Below, piece by piece: positions 49,977-58,750 of a DNA stretch of 64,000 bases. Origin of the DNA: an uncultured Candidatus Saccharibacteria bacterium (lineage in GTDB: Bacteria > Patescibacteriota > Minisyncoccia > SW-4-49-11); the NCBI GenBank assembly GCA_964633865.1, contig CAZWIJ010000005.1, forward strand, positions 6,453-70,452. Reading direction: 5' to 3'. The notes beneath the pieces were generated by a model. The model was not told where the DNA came from. It searched no databases and saw only the letters and a list, made by a program, of their open reading frames with translations. Each line of letters begins with the position of its first letter. Position 1 is the stretch's first letter. A program made the translations under genes and the position numbers.

Positions 49977-50115
49977 ACAATTTCTGCCTCCCCACTACTT
50001 CCCTCGTAGCCTCAATCTTCCTATCAGCATAAAGCACAACATCTTTGATCACCAATTTTTGGATATCAGAGATTAAAGTTTTAATTAAGTCATAATCTGC
50101 TTGATTTTTAATCAT
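49966..50115 (-). CDS. Candidate 49-aa ORF overlapping the start of the 311-aa gene (possible partner/antitoxin-like); unverified
   Basis: Own translation: MIKNQADYDLIKTLISDIQKLVIKDVVLYADRKIEATREVVGRQKLYDR. It overlaps the downstream start by 11 nt. Below the length cutoff of the supplied ORF track. Confidence 0.2.
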   Translation of the reverse strand: MIKNQADYDLIKTLISDIQKLVIKDVVLYADRKIEATREVVGRQKLYDR

Positions 50116-50300
50116 AAAAACTTATTTTTAAATCTATTTACATATATATTACCTTAAATAAATTTGATTGTAAATGATAGGTAATAATCTTGTAATCTAT
50201 GTCATTAAAATTTAATTTTTACGACATAAAAATTATAAACTAAAATCAATATGTACTTTATCGCTTTTACTTTTTTAGATAATATATCAAAAATTTATCC

Positions 50301-51329
50301 TTATTTAAAAAAAGGGAAATATTCTTTATAGTCTTCTATTTTTAGGTTATGAATTTCTTTATAAACTTTTTCTAAAGTAGAATCTTTTGTATCTGTTAAT
50401 TTATTATAAATATATACCCTATTAAAAGTTGATTTATAATTAATAATATCTATATCCATACCCAATTCTGACAAATAAATTTCTTTCATATAATCAAAAT
50501 CTTGAATAAAGTTTTCATAAACAAATAAATCTAAATTAATTGTACTATCTGAAATTATAGAAAAATATTCTTTATTTTCTCTGCTAAAAATTAAATATTC
50601 CATTTTATTTTTATAAGCCATATCCTCAAACCAAAAAAGTAATAAATCTTGTTTTAATTTATAGTTATTTGAGTATTCAAAAATTAATTCCTTTTTAGAA
50701 GTTTTTATAATTTGTAATGAACTTTCCTTTATCTTAAGTTCATTATTTTGATTCTTAAATATATTTTGAAAATCTTTCATCCACTCATCCTTCCAATCTC
50801 CAATAAAATAATTTTCTATAGAGCTTTTCTGAACTAATTCATTCCAATAATTTTGAGCTCTTCTACAGTCATCATAAGAGAGTTCTCCTTTTTTCCAATT
50901 ACCAACTAAAGAATGTAATTTAGGTATATATTTTTGAACTCTTTTTTTATGATCAAAATTTCTACTTTGATTATATTCATAAATTTCTTGTTCCATTTCT
51001 TCTTTTAGAAAAGTAAAGTTTTTTTCTTCCAAATTAGAAGTATAAATCATATTTATCAAAAAATCTTTTACTTCTTCTAATTTATTTTTATCAAATTGAG
51101 CATAAATTTTAACACAACTTGAATTTGTTATAGCTTCTAATTTTCCAAATAACTCATATTTTTTATTATAGAAATTTTCATAATCATGCTTTATATTTCC
51201 AAAAAATAGCATATGTTCTGCCAAATGAGTAAATCCCTGTTGTTCTGGGAGCTCTTTTTCTGAAGAAATTTTTATTTCTAGCATTAAACTTAATGTGTAT
51301 TTCCAATTTATATAATGATGTTTTCTCAT
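50301..51329 (-). CDS. M16-family (pitrilysin/insulinase-like) zinc peptidase, short form
   Basis: GFTHLAEHMLFFGNIKHDYENFYNKKYELFGKLEAITNSSCVKIY matches the inverted zincin HxxEH plus downstream E...NA.T...T.Y pattern. Confidence 0.5.
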   Translation of the reverse strand: MRKHHYINWKYTLSLMLEIKISSEKELPEQQGFTHLAEHMLFFGNIKHDYENFYNKKYELFGKLEAITNSSCVKIYAQFDKNKLEEVKDFLINMIYTSNLEEKNFTFLKEEMEQEIYEYNQSRNFDHKKRVQKYIPKLHSLVGNWKKGELSYDDCRRAQNYWNELVQKSSIENYFIGDWKDEWMKDFQNIFKNQNNELKIKESSLQIIKTSKKELIFEYSNNYKLKQDLLLFWFEDMAYKNKMEYLIFSRENKEYFSIISDSTINLDLFVYENFIQDFDYMKEIYLSELGMDIDIINYKSTFNRVYIYNKLTDTKDSTLEKVYKEIHNLKIEDYKEYFPFFK

Positions 51330-51341
51330 AATAGTAGTTTA

Positions 51342-51371
51342 ATTATATACTGAGAAAAGAAGACTTGTCAA
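51342..51371 (-). promoter_or_regulatory. Sigma70-type promoter (TTGACA-16-TATATAAT) inside repeat copy B, driving the M16 peptidase gene
   Basis: On the minus strand: TTGACA, then agtcttcttttctcag, then TATATAAT. The ATG follows about 12 nt later, so the leader is very short. Confidence 0.5.
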
Positions 51372-51437
51372 GAAAAAATTTTGAATAAATTAAAAATAAC
51401 TTTTATGTTCCTATTTCCCCTGAAACCCTTTTTCTGC
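51360..51437. repeat. Direct repeat copy B (~78 bp, ~90% identical to 52280-52356): sufC 3' coding end plus downstream promoter
   Basis: aagacttgtcaagaaaaaattttgaataaattaaaaataacttttatgttcctatttcccctgaaaccctttttctgc. Confidence 0.8.
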
Positions 51438-51539
51438 AATCTTTTCCATTGCTTCTCCCATAAAATAAAGTGAGTCAGAAGGTGAAATTACTATAATTTT
51501 ATCTCTTTTTTTTAATTTATCTGGTGTAGTTTGTTTCAT
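51411..51539 (-). pseudogene. 42-codon ORF whose C-terminus duplicates the sufC C-terminus (AEKGFQGK*); sufC-tail remnant created by the duplication
   Basis: Own translation: MKQTTPDKLKKRDKIIVISPSDSLYFMGEAMEKIAEKGFQGK. The last 8 aa and the stop are identical to the end of SufC at 52330. LYFMGEAM resembles SufC VYIMNKGEI. Confidence 0.35.
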
Positions 51540-51544
51540 GTTTT

Positions 51545-51943
51545 TTAAATATTACTCAAAATTACTTTAAGATAATTGTCATCAATTTTATGATCAGCAT
51601 TTGGCACAATAATCATTTTTACATTATCTTTACATAATGGGTTAAATATTTTTTCTAAGAAATCTTCTTTTTCTCCAATTATAAATATTACTTCTTCTGC
51701 TAAATGACTCCCTAAAGTCTCAAATGGAGTTGGTGAACATAAAATTAATTTTTTTAATGGTTTTTGTAAAGCTATATCTAAAGAAAAAACACATCCTAAC
51801 GAAAAACTAATCACTGTATCAAAATCTTTAAATTTTGTTGCTTCGCCAGTATTCCAATCTATTTTTGCTATATTAAAATATTTGGATAAAAATTTATAAT
51901 CTTCTCTAGTTTCTCCTAACCCTGGATAGAATATAGGTTTCAT
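51545..51943 (-). CDS. Small alpha/beta-hydrolase-fold-like protein (132 aa)
   Basis: VISFSLGC nucleophile-elbow-like motif (SxSxG) and the C-terminal PNADHKID His. Weak. Confidence 0.3.
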   Translation of the reverse strand: MKPIFYPGLGETREDYKFLSKYFNIAKIDWNTGEATKFKDFDTVISFSLGCVFSLDIALQKPLKKLILCSPTPFETLGSHLAEEVIFIIGEKEDFLEKIFNPLCKDNVKMIIVPNADHKIDDNYLKVILSNI

Positions 51944-52030
51944 ATACTTGTTTATTATCTTATAAAAAATGGAGATAATATCTATTATCTCCTTATTATA
52001 CTACATTATTTGATAAATGCTAATTAATAG

Positions 52031-52243
52031 CTAAATATCAAATTCACTGTTATTTACACCTTTAATGAAGGCTCCCCACTCATCTTTGGTGAAAAAGATA
52101 GTGTTTTTAGATTCATCATTACTGTTTCTTACAGCAATCCCCTGTTCTGTTATTGCAACAGCTACACATGTTTTTGGATTATTTTTTGACCAAGAAGATG
52201 TTACAAATTGAGAATCTTGAACTTCAAACATAATTTTACACAA
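52031..52243 (-). CDS. DUF397-domain protein
   Basis: SSWSKNNPKTCVAVAITEQGIAVRNSNDESKNTIFFTKDEWGAFIKGVNNSEFDI matches the DUF397 pattern (W.KSS.S....CVEVA....v.vRDSK...gp.L.ft..eW.aF..gvk.GefD). A TTG start or the internal ATG at 52231 is possible. Confidence 0.5.
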   Translation of the reverse strand: MCKIMFEVQDSQFVTSSWSKNNPKTCVAVAITEQGIAVRNSNDESKNTIFFTKDEWGAFIKGVNNSEFDI

Positions 52244-52263
52244 TTTGACTAAAGAACATATCC

Positions 52264-52291
52264 ATCATATCAAAAAAAAAAGACTTGTCAA
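52264..52291 (-). promoter_or_regulatory. Sigma70-type promoter (TTGACA-16-TATGAT) inside repeat copy A, driving the DUF397 gene
   Basis: On the minus strand: cTTGACAagtc, then T10, then ga, then TATGAT. Confidence 0.45.
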
Positions 52292-52356
52292 GTAAAATTT
52301 TGAATAAATAAAAAATAACTTTTATGTCACTACTTTCCCTGAAACCCTTTTTCTGC
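52280..52356. repeat. Direct repeat copy A (~77 bp) covering the last 8 codons plus stop of sufC and its downstream promoter
   Basis: aagacttgtcaagtaaaattttgaataaataaaaaataacttttatgtcactactttccctgaaaccctttttctgc. Confidence 0.8.
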
Positions 52357-53049
52357 CACTTCGCTTACTAATTCTTGACCTCCTTGTTTTATAATCTCGC
52401 CTTTATTCATAATATAAACTTTTGTGGGGGGTAAATTATGTATCAAATTTGTATGATGAGTAATTATCAAGACTGACATATGATTATCCTCTACAATCTG
52501 CTTTAGGCTTGTACCAAAAAGATTAATCGCATCAACATCCAATCCTGAGTCTGGCTCGTCCAGGATAGCAACTTTTGGCTTTAATAATGACAATTGTAGT
52601 AGCTCTAATTTTTTCTTTTCTCCACCTGAGAATCCATCATTCACATATCTTGTCAAAAAACTTTTATCTATACCTAGTTTTTCTATTTCTTGGTGAATAA
52701 CTTTTTGAAAAGCTAGAATAGAAATATTTTTGACTAAAATTTGGTAAGCATTCTTTAATAAATTAATTACGGTTACTCCTTTTATCACTGGTGGGTTTTG
52801 CATAGATAAAAATAAACCTAATTTTGCTTTGTCTGATGTTGTGTACTCTCTTATATCTTTATTATCGATAAAGACTTTTCCCTCTGTTTGGTATGAAGGA
52901 TATCCCATAAGTCCTAATGCTAAAGTACTTTTCCCACTTCCATTGGATCCCATCAAATAATGAATTTCTCCATCTGGAATCTCAAAATTAATATTTTTTA
53001 CAATTTCTAACTTTCCTACTGTAACTTTGAAATTTTCTACTCTAAACAT
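52330..53049 (-). CDS. sufC: Fe-S cluster assembly ATPase SufC
   Basis: MFRVENFKVTVGK... Walker A GSNGSGKSTL. ABC signature FSGGEKKKLELLQL. Walker B ILDEPDSGLD. The track ORF extends to 53091; the start is chosen at the Met matching SufC N-termini. Confidence 0.8.
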   Translation of the reverse strand: MFRVENFKVTVGKLEIVKNINFEIPDGEIHYLMGSNGSGKSTLALGLMGYPSYQTEGKVFIDNKDIREYTTSDKAKLGLFLSMQNPPVIKGVTVINLLKNAYQILVKNISILAFQKVIHQEIEKLGIDKSFLTRYVNDGFSGGEKKKLELLQLSLLKPKVAILDEPDSGLDVDAINLFGTSLKQIVEDNHMSVLIITHHTNLIHNLPPTKVYIMNKGEIIKQGGQELVSEVAEKGFQGK

Positions 53050-53071
53050 ATTTATTCTAAACTTATTAATT

Positions 53072-53440
53072 CTATTTAATCTCCATTTCATTAATAGTGT
53101 TGATCATTAATTTGACACACTTTATTCTATTCAAATCTTTGCCTAGCCCTATCAATTCATAAATCTTATCTTCTGTAAGCTCTTTTATATACTCTACAGA
53201 CTGCCCTTTTAACTCTTCACTGATTATAGAAGCTGAAGCGATCGCAAGAGCACAAGCATTTCCTGTATAGGAACAATCTTGTATAATACCATCTTTCACT
53301 TCCAAATATACCATCAAATCATCTCCACAAATAGGATTATAGCCTCTTTTGGTAAAATTAGCATTTTTATTTTCTCTTTTATTCAATGGATTTCTATATA
53401 AATCTATGATAAATTCTCTATAAATTTCATCACTACTCAT
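53072..53440 (-). CDS. sufU: SufU/IscU-type Fe-S cluster scaffold protein
   Basis: NPICGDDLMVYLEVKDGIIQDCSYTGNACALAIASASI matches the IscU/SufU Cys triad pattern. Confidence 0.75.
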   Translation of the reverse strand: MSSDEIYREFIIDLYRNPLNKRENKNANFTKRGYNPICGDDLMVYLEVKDGIIQDCSYTGNACALAIASASIISEELKGQSVEYIKELTEDKIYELIGLGKDLNRIKCVKLMINTINEMEIK

Positions 53441-53442
53441 AC

Positions 53443-55860
53443 TTAATTCTTTTTAAAGTTAATTGAACTAAATATCCACCAAATAATATTAATAAGAAAA
53501 ATTAAGCTAAAAATTTTATTTTCTCTTAATTCTTTGGGGATAGAGTCAAAAATAGATTTAGTAAATTTATCTAACCATTGAGCAAAATTACTATCCTGAA
53601 GTAATTCTTGATTTTCTGTTGCATATTCATCCCAAGGAACATATCTACTCACAAGATTATTTGAATCTGTATTATCTACACTACTTGCCTGTACAATATT
53701 ATTAGATTTTGTAGTTTTTTCTGTACTTGTATCTTGCTCTGTCTCAACTGATATATGTTTGTCATCGTATGGCACTAATCTTAATTCCCCATCATATTCT
53801 TCCACAAATCCTTGTATTAGCACTGTATCTCCTTTTCTCATTTCTGGTTTACGAAAAGCATTTTCGGAGATTTTGACAATATTTTCTTTTTGATTATCTG
53901 ATAAAATTACAAGTTTTGTAGCTGTATTTGTATTAAGGATACCTGATATTTGGACAAAAGCATTCTCACGAGATAAAGTATCTTGCATTTCAAATTTTGG
54001 AGTAAAATTCTTAGATTCTACACCAGCAATATCTTTTAATTTTAAGTACATTTGAGTTTTTGTCTTATGAATACTTCCTTGTAATGTTAAATTCTGATTT
54101 AAATCAATATTATAATCTGAATTATTTGGGATTGTTACTCTTAAAATATTTCTTCCATCTGTAATATAAAATGAATTCTTATAAATTTTATCAAGATTAA
54201 TAAATACAATACCTGTAATTTCTATATTATCATTATGATTTAGATTAGAAATCTCTCCAAAATTTATTGTTCTATAAATTACACTTGAATCTTCTTTTTC
54301 TTGAGTTGATTTAGTTTTTGATGCTGATGTCTTACTCTTAGCTTGTTTTGTCTCTATTATAGCTGGTTCTGTTAATATATTATCTTTTCCTTCTGTAATA
54401 GTAGTTGTAAATAACCATCTATCTTCAAATTTACTATAACTTTGATCTACAAGTGATTTTGGGATTTCTACTTCTTGATAAATATTTCCATCTGGGCTTG
54501 ATAATCTGACTGTTTCTCCTGTATTATTCAGAGTAATTTTTGTATCAACATTTCTGAAGATTCTATAAGAATATGGCTTTATCTCACCAGATAATGTAAT
54601 TGTTTTTACTCTATCTCCTAATTTCCATCCATCCAGTTTGATAATCTGATTAGTTGAATTATAGATTTCTATAAATTCATTTTCTGTTCCAGATTTAGGA
54701 TCTGCTAAAAATTCTGTAAAATAAATCCAACCCGCTTCTACAATTTGAGTATTAGCATTAACTTCTTCCTCTTCTTCTATCTCATTTTTATCTTCTGTTA
54801 ATATTTCTTCTTTTGGTTCTTCTATAATCAAAGATTGCTTATTTGATAAATTTGCTGTCACTTGATTAGTCCATTCAAATTTTCCATTGATTAAAGCTAA
54901 ACTATTTTCTTTTTTTACATCTTTTAAGAAATATATTTGTTTATCTTGAATTTTTCCATTCGGATCAATCAGATTCACTTCTTCATATGACTCTGCATTT
55001 GAATTATAATTATTTAACATAGAAACCCTAATTGAATAAAATCCGAAGCCAGGAATATTTCCTGACAAGCTTTTAGCACTTCCTCCTCCAGAAATTAAAT
55101 CATCTACCTTCCAACCTGTAAGATCTATATCCTCACTAGTTAAATTCTCTATCTCTATAAATTCAGATTCAAATTTCGTTCCTTGATCTGGTAGGAATTC
55201 ACTGATTTTCAATTTATTGTCATAATTTAAGATTACACCTTCTGAAGTTTCCTCTTCTCCAGTCTCAGTTGGAATCTCTTCCTCCTCTATAATTTCTTCT
55301 TCTACTATAGGTTCTTTGTATTCTTTTTGTAATAAAGATATCTTTTTAGACTCCCAAATATTATTTTCTAATCTATGTAATGAATATCCATTTTCTGTAA
55401 CTACTGGCCATTTCCCAAAAAAGTTTACAGAATCAACTGTAATATTATTATTATCTCTCAATTCTATAAAAGCACCCACCGTATTACTCAAATTAAAATC
55501 ACTAGAAAAAATTACTTTCTCTAGTGGGATTAATGTGTTTTTCTGTGATTGAGTAACTTTTCTGATTATAAGATAATCTTTTGCTTCTATTATTCCTGAT
55601 AAAGTTATTATTTTATCACTATTTCCTGATAAAACTCTTAGCTTATAATCTGTTAGATTTATAGAATTATCTGTATTATTATAAATTTCTATGAATTCAT
55701 CACTTGATTTTGGTGTTGTTGAATCTTCCCAAACGGTATAACCTTGATAATTAATCTCGGAAATTTGTATTTCTCCGAATGCTTGTACTTTTAGAGTAAA
55801 TATTGTATTTAATACAAATAACCCTATTAATATTTTGGATAAATTAAATAGATTTTTCAT
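53443..55860 (-). CDS. Cell-surface protein with three lamin-tail domains (LTD) and C-terminal TM anchor
   Basis: Signal peptide. Three LTD-like segments: ISEINYQ..SDEFIEIYNNTDNSINLTDYKL, ISEFLPD..ESEFIEIENLTSEDIDLTGWKV and FTEFLADP..ENEFIEIYNSTNQIIKLDGWKL. C-terminal hydrophobic anchor. Confidence 0.55.
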   Translation of the reverse strand: MKNLFNLSKILIGLFVLNTIFTLKVQAFGEIQISEINYQGYTVWEDSTTPKSSDEFIEIYNNTDNSINLTDYKLRVLSGNSDKIITLSGIIEAKDYLIIRKVTQSQKNTLIPLEKVIFSSDFNLSNTVGAFIELRDNNNITVDSVNFFGKWPVVTENGYSLHRLENNIWESKKISLLQKEYKEPIVEEEIIEEEEIPTETGEEETSEGVILNYDNKLKISEFLPDQGTKFESEFIEIENLTSEDIDLTGWKVDDLISGGGSAKSLSGNIPGFGFYSIRVSMLNNYNSNAESYEEVNLIDPNGKIQDKQIYFLKDVKKENSLALINGKFEWTNQVTANLSNKQSLIIEEPKEEILTEDKNEIEEEEEVNANTQIVEAGWIYFTEFLADPKSGTENEFIEIYNSTNQIIKLDGWKLGDRVKTITLSGEIKPYSYRIFRNVDTKITLNNTGETVRLSSPDGNIYQEVEIPKSLVDQSYSKFEDRWLFTTTITEGKDNILTEPAIIETKQAKSKTSASKTKSTQEKEDSSVIYRTINFGEISNLNHNDNIEITGIVFINLDKIYKNSFYITDGRNILRVTIPNNSDYNIDLNQNLTLQGSIHKTKTQMYLKLKDIAGVESKNFTPKFEMQDTLSRENAFVQISGILNTNTATKLVILSDNQKENIVKISENAFRKPEMRKGDTVLIQGFVEEYDGELRLVPYDDKHISVETEQDTSTEKTTKSNNIVQASSVDNTDSNNLVSRYVPWDEYATENQELLQDSNFAQWLDKFTKSIFDSIPKELRENKIFSLIFLINIIWWIFSSINFKKN

Positions 55861-56446
55861 TAACTTCTTCTTTAGGCTTATATGTATAGGCTCTATGTAA
55901 GTCTGATTTTTTATTTTTCTCTGATAATTTCAATAGTATATTTTTAGCAATATATGGTTCTGGAATATCATTAAAAAACAATGTTCTAGAATCAGCTCCA
56001 GCAGTTTGAATTCTAACATCTCCAAAATTTATTGTTGTTGCAAAAACTCCTTTCACTACTACTTCCACATCTTCTATATTTCCAACATCAGCCTCAGCAA
56101 TTTTTCTATTAAAAAAATCTACTTGATCTACAGTTAAAACTCTTTCATTGGTAATAATGTATGAATCCAAATAATAATGTACCCATACTAAAAAAATGGT
56201 AAATAATAAAAATAAAATTGTTCCTAAAATTAATATTTCATACAAAATTTGACCTATACCTTCTTTGAAAAATGGCACCAGATTTGGAAGCCAAAAATAC
56301 AAAATTAGAGTACATATTCCTAATATAATAGATAGTGTATATCCTATTACAAGAAAAAAAATATGTCTTCTATATATAATTTCTACTTTCTCTTCTTTAT
56401 GTTGTCCCAAAAAATGAATATTAGGCCTAATAACTCTATCTACCAT
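55844..56446 (-). CDS. Membrane protein with bacterial PH (bPH_2, YdbS/YdbT-like) domain
   Basis: Two TM helices, then ITNERVLTVDQVDFFNRKIAEADVGNIEDVEV...GDVRIQTAG, typical of bPH_2. Confidence 0.45.
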   Translation of the reverse strand: MVDRVIRPNIHFLGQHKEEKVEIIYRRHIFFLVIGYTLSIILGICTLILYFWLPNLVPFFKEGIGQILYEILILGTILFLLFTIFLVWVHYYLDSYIITNERVLTVDQVDFFNRKIAEADVGNIEDVEVVVKGVFATTINFGDVRIQTAGADSRTLFFNDIPEPYIAKNILLKLSEKNKKSDLHRAYTYKPKEEVNEKSI

Positions 56447-56452
56447 ATCTTT

Positions 56453-56665
56453 TTATAAATTATTTATAAATAATGTTGCTTGTATTAATTTGATTACGAT
56501 TAAAAAAATTATTAAAAAACTTGCAATAAAATAAATAATTGATGATATAATAGCAGTTTTTTTATTTATCCCAAATTTTATAATATGATATATGGATATT
56601 ATACTAGCTATAATATAAGTAATCAATATAATTATAAATGATACCCAAATTCCTAATACTTGCAT
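56453..56665 (-). CDS. Small two-TM membrane protein
   Basis: 70-aa hydrophobic ORF between ruvB and the bPH gene. Confidence 0.3.
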   Translation of the reverse strand: MQVLGIWVSFIIILITYIIASIISIYHIIKFGINKKTAIISSIIYFIASFLIIFLIVIKLIQATLFINNL

Positions 56666-56670
56666 ATTTT

Positions 56671-57660
56671 TTAATTTTTAATAATATTTAAATATTCATA
56701 ACACAAATCAGTAACAACTCTACCACGAGATGTTCTCTGAATAAATCCTTGTCTCATCAAAAATGGCTCATATATTTCTTCTATTGTTACTGTCTCTTCA
56801 GCTGTAGCAGCAGCAAGAGTCCCTAATCCAACTGGACCACCTCCAAATTTATGAATCATTGCCTCTAATATCTTACGATCTCCAGCTTCAAGTCCAAGAT
56901 TATCTACTCCTAATAAATCAAAGGTTTCTGTGGCGGTCTCTTTTCCCATCAATCCATTATAATTTATCTCAGCTACATCTCTTACTCTTTTTAATAATCT
57001 ATTTGCTACTCTCGGTGTTTGTCTACTTCTTTTAGCTATCATTTTAAGAACATCATCTGATTTATAAGACACATTTAAGATTTTACTAGATCGACGAATT
57101 ATTTCAGTTATATCATCAATAGTATAAAATTCAAAACTATATATATTCCCAAATCTACTCCTGAGTGGGCCAGAAAGAGACCCGAATTTGGTAGTAGCAC
57201 CAATCAAAGTGAATCTAGGTAAATCTAATCTCAATGTACGAGCTGAAGGACCTTTACCGACAATGATATCCAATACAAAATCTTCCATAGCAGAGTATAA
57301 AACTTCTTCTAGTGTTTTTGATAATCTATGAATCTCATCTATAAAAAGAACATCTCCATGCTCTACATTAGTTAAAATAGAAGCCAAATCACCTGGTTTT
57401 TCTAAAGCAGGACCTGAGGTTACTTTTAAGTTTGAGCCAAGTGATTTTGCAATAAGATATGCAAGTGAAGTCTTCCCAAGACCAGGAGGTCCATAAAATA
57501 GAAGATGATCTAGAGGCTCTGATCTTTTATTGGAAGCTTGTATAGAAATATTAAGATTTTTTTTAATTTGTTCTTGCCCAATATACTCATCAAAAGTTTG
57601 AGGTCTTAGAGTTTGTTCTATTACTTTTTCTTCTGGTAATTCTTTAGTGGAAGTAATCAT
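56671..57660 (-). CDS. ruvB: Holliday junction branch migration ATPase RuvB
   Basis: LRPQTFDEYIGQ, Walker A GPPGLGKTSLA, Walker B VLFIDEIHRL, and the C-terminal winged helix. Confidence 0.9.
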   Translation of the reverse strand: MITSTKELPEEKVIEQTLRPQTFDEYIGQEQIKKNLNISIQASNKRSEPLDHLLFYGPPGLGKTSLAYLIAKSLGSNLKVTSGPALEKPGDLASILTNVEHGDVLFIDEIHRLSKTLEEVLYSAMEDFVLDIIVGKGPSARTLRLDLPRFTLIGATTKFGSLSGPLRSRFGNIYSFEFYTIDDITEIIRRSSKILNVSYKSDDVLKMIAKRSRQTPRVANRLLKRVRDVAEINYNGLMGKETATETFDLLGVDNLGLEAGDRKILEAMIHKFGGGPVGLGTLAAATAEETVTIEEIYEPFLMRQGFIQRTSRGRVVTDLCYEYLNIIKN

Positions 57661-57746
57661 TATTTTTAGTTAAGCTATACAATAATCATATCATTTATTG
57701 AAAAAAATTAAAATAGATAGTATACTAATTATGTACTATGAATAAA

Positions 57747-57817
57747 TGCCATATCGTCTAATGGTAGGACGAACGGTTCTGGTCCGTTTAATTTAGGTTC
57801 GAATCCTAATTTGGCAA
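57747..57817 (+). tRNA. tRNA-Gln (anticodon CTG), 71 nt
   Basis: Acceptor TGCCATA/TTTGGCA (U1-A72, one U.U mismatch at 6-67). D-arm GTCT AATGGTAG GGAC. Anticodon stem AACGG/CCGTT with loop TTCTGGT. T-arm TTAGG TTCGAAT CCTAA. Discriminator A. Confidence 0.55.
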
Positions 57818-57868
57818 CAATATTTGTAAAAATAAAATTTTGTGATATAATAAACTAGTTCTTTTTGT

Positions 57869-58426
57869 GTGATTATTATGTTTAATAATTTTTTTGGAAG
57901 TTTAATTTCAGTTAATAGAATCCCCAACTTAATTTTTGACAGACCGTCTGATATAGATCTAAATATCATTAAACCTAATGTCAATTATTCAATGGAATTC
58001 ATTGTAACTCCACCAGAAAACAAGTGTATTAATACCAAAAAATATCTAAAAACTAAAAGTTTAGATTGTCGTAAATATATTATTGAGGACTTGGTCAAAA
58101 AGGATATCAAGGATTGGATTAATTTTTTTGAATATGCTGGTAAAATAAACTCAGAGAATGAATTTAGCTTTTATATAATACTAAAACAATTAAAAGATAA
58201 TACTCTAAAAAATTCCATTCATCAATACCCTAAAAACAGAGTTTATCACAACACTTTGGCTAGCATATTGTTAGTCTATCTTATCTCTAATTCTAAATCT
58301 AAAATGTATTATGAATCATTTTATCCGATTTTGTTTGGAGGTGAGACTGAAGAGATCACGGAAAAACTAGAAAGTCAAATTATACTAGAATATCTAACCT
58401 ATTTAAAGAAAATAAGTAAAATCTAA
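57869..58426 (+). CDS. Hypothetical protein (185 aa)
   Basis: ORF with no recognisable motif, between tRNA-Gln and the IS30 fragment. Confidence 0.3.
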   Translation: MIIMFNNFFGSLISVNRIPNLIFDRPSDIDLNIIKPNVNYSMEFIVTPPENKCINTKKYLKTKSLDCRKYIIEDLVKKDIKDWINFFEYAGKINSENEFSFYIILKQLKDNTLKNSIHQYPKNRVYHNTLASILLVYLISNSKSKMYYESFYPILFGGETEEITEKLESQIILEYLTYLKKISKI

Positions 58427-58545
58427 TACACATTAAACCTTATTCCCTGTATTATTAAATATAGGGTTTTTAGTTCATTTAACTTCGGTTCAGAAATCTA
58501 ATGCAACGGTGTAAAATGAATAAATAAAGTATCAAGGAATAAATT

Positions 58546-58730
58546 ATGAGGAAGTATAAGAGAATAAAATATAAGGACAGAATACAGATAGAAGCATATA
58601 AAGAACTAGGAGTTATAGAGATATTGGAAAGGAATTAGGATTAAGTAAAAGCAGTATATATAGAGAGATAAAGAGACATACAGAACCCCCTAATGAGGTA
58701 TTCTTTAGTTATGTTGCACTAGATTCTTGA
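58546..58730 (+). mobile_element. IS30-family transposase N-terminal HTH fragment (frameshifted/truncated remnant)
   Basis: Frame 1: MRKYKRIKYKDRIQIEAYKELGVIEILERN*. Frame 2 continues IGKELGLSKSSIYREIKRHTEPPNEVFFSYVALDS*. Together they match the IS30 transposase N-terminus (..L..eeR..Ie.l...g.s...IA..lgRs.STIsREikRn). No DDE domain follows. Confidence 0.5.
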
Positions 58731-58750
58731 ATCTACCAAATTAAAAATTT

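Noticed and set aside
53050-53091. N-terminal 14-codon extension of sufC (MKWRLNRINKFRIN) given by the ORF track
   Set aside because: SufC proteins begin at the MFRVENFKV-type Met. The extension would overlap the sufU stop. The shorter start was used.
58427-58545. Terminal inverted repeat of the IS30 element (CCCTgtattattaaatatAGGG-like palindrome upstream of the transposase fragment)
   Set aside because: No matching right-end repeat is present, because the element is truncated. The inverted-repeat assignment cannot be verified from this window.
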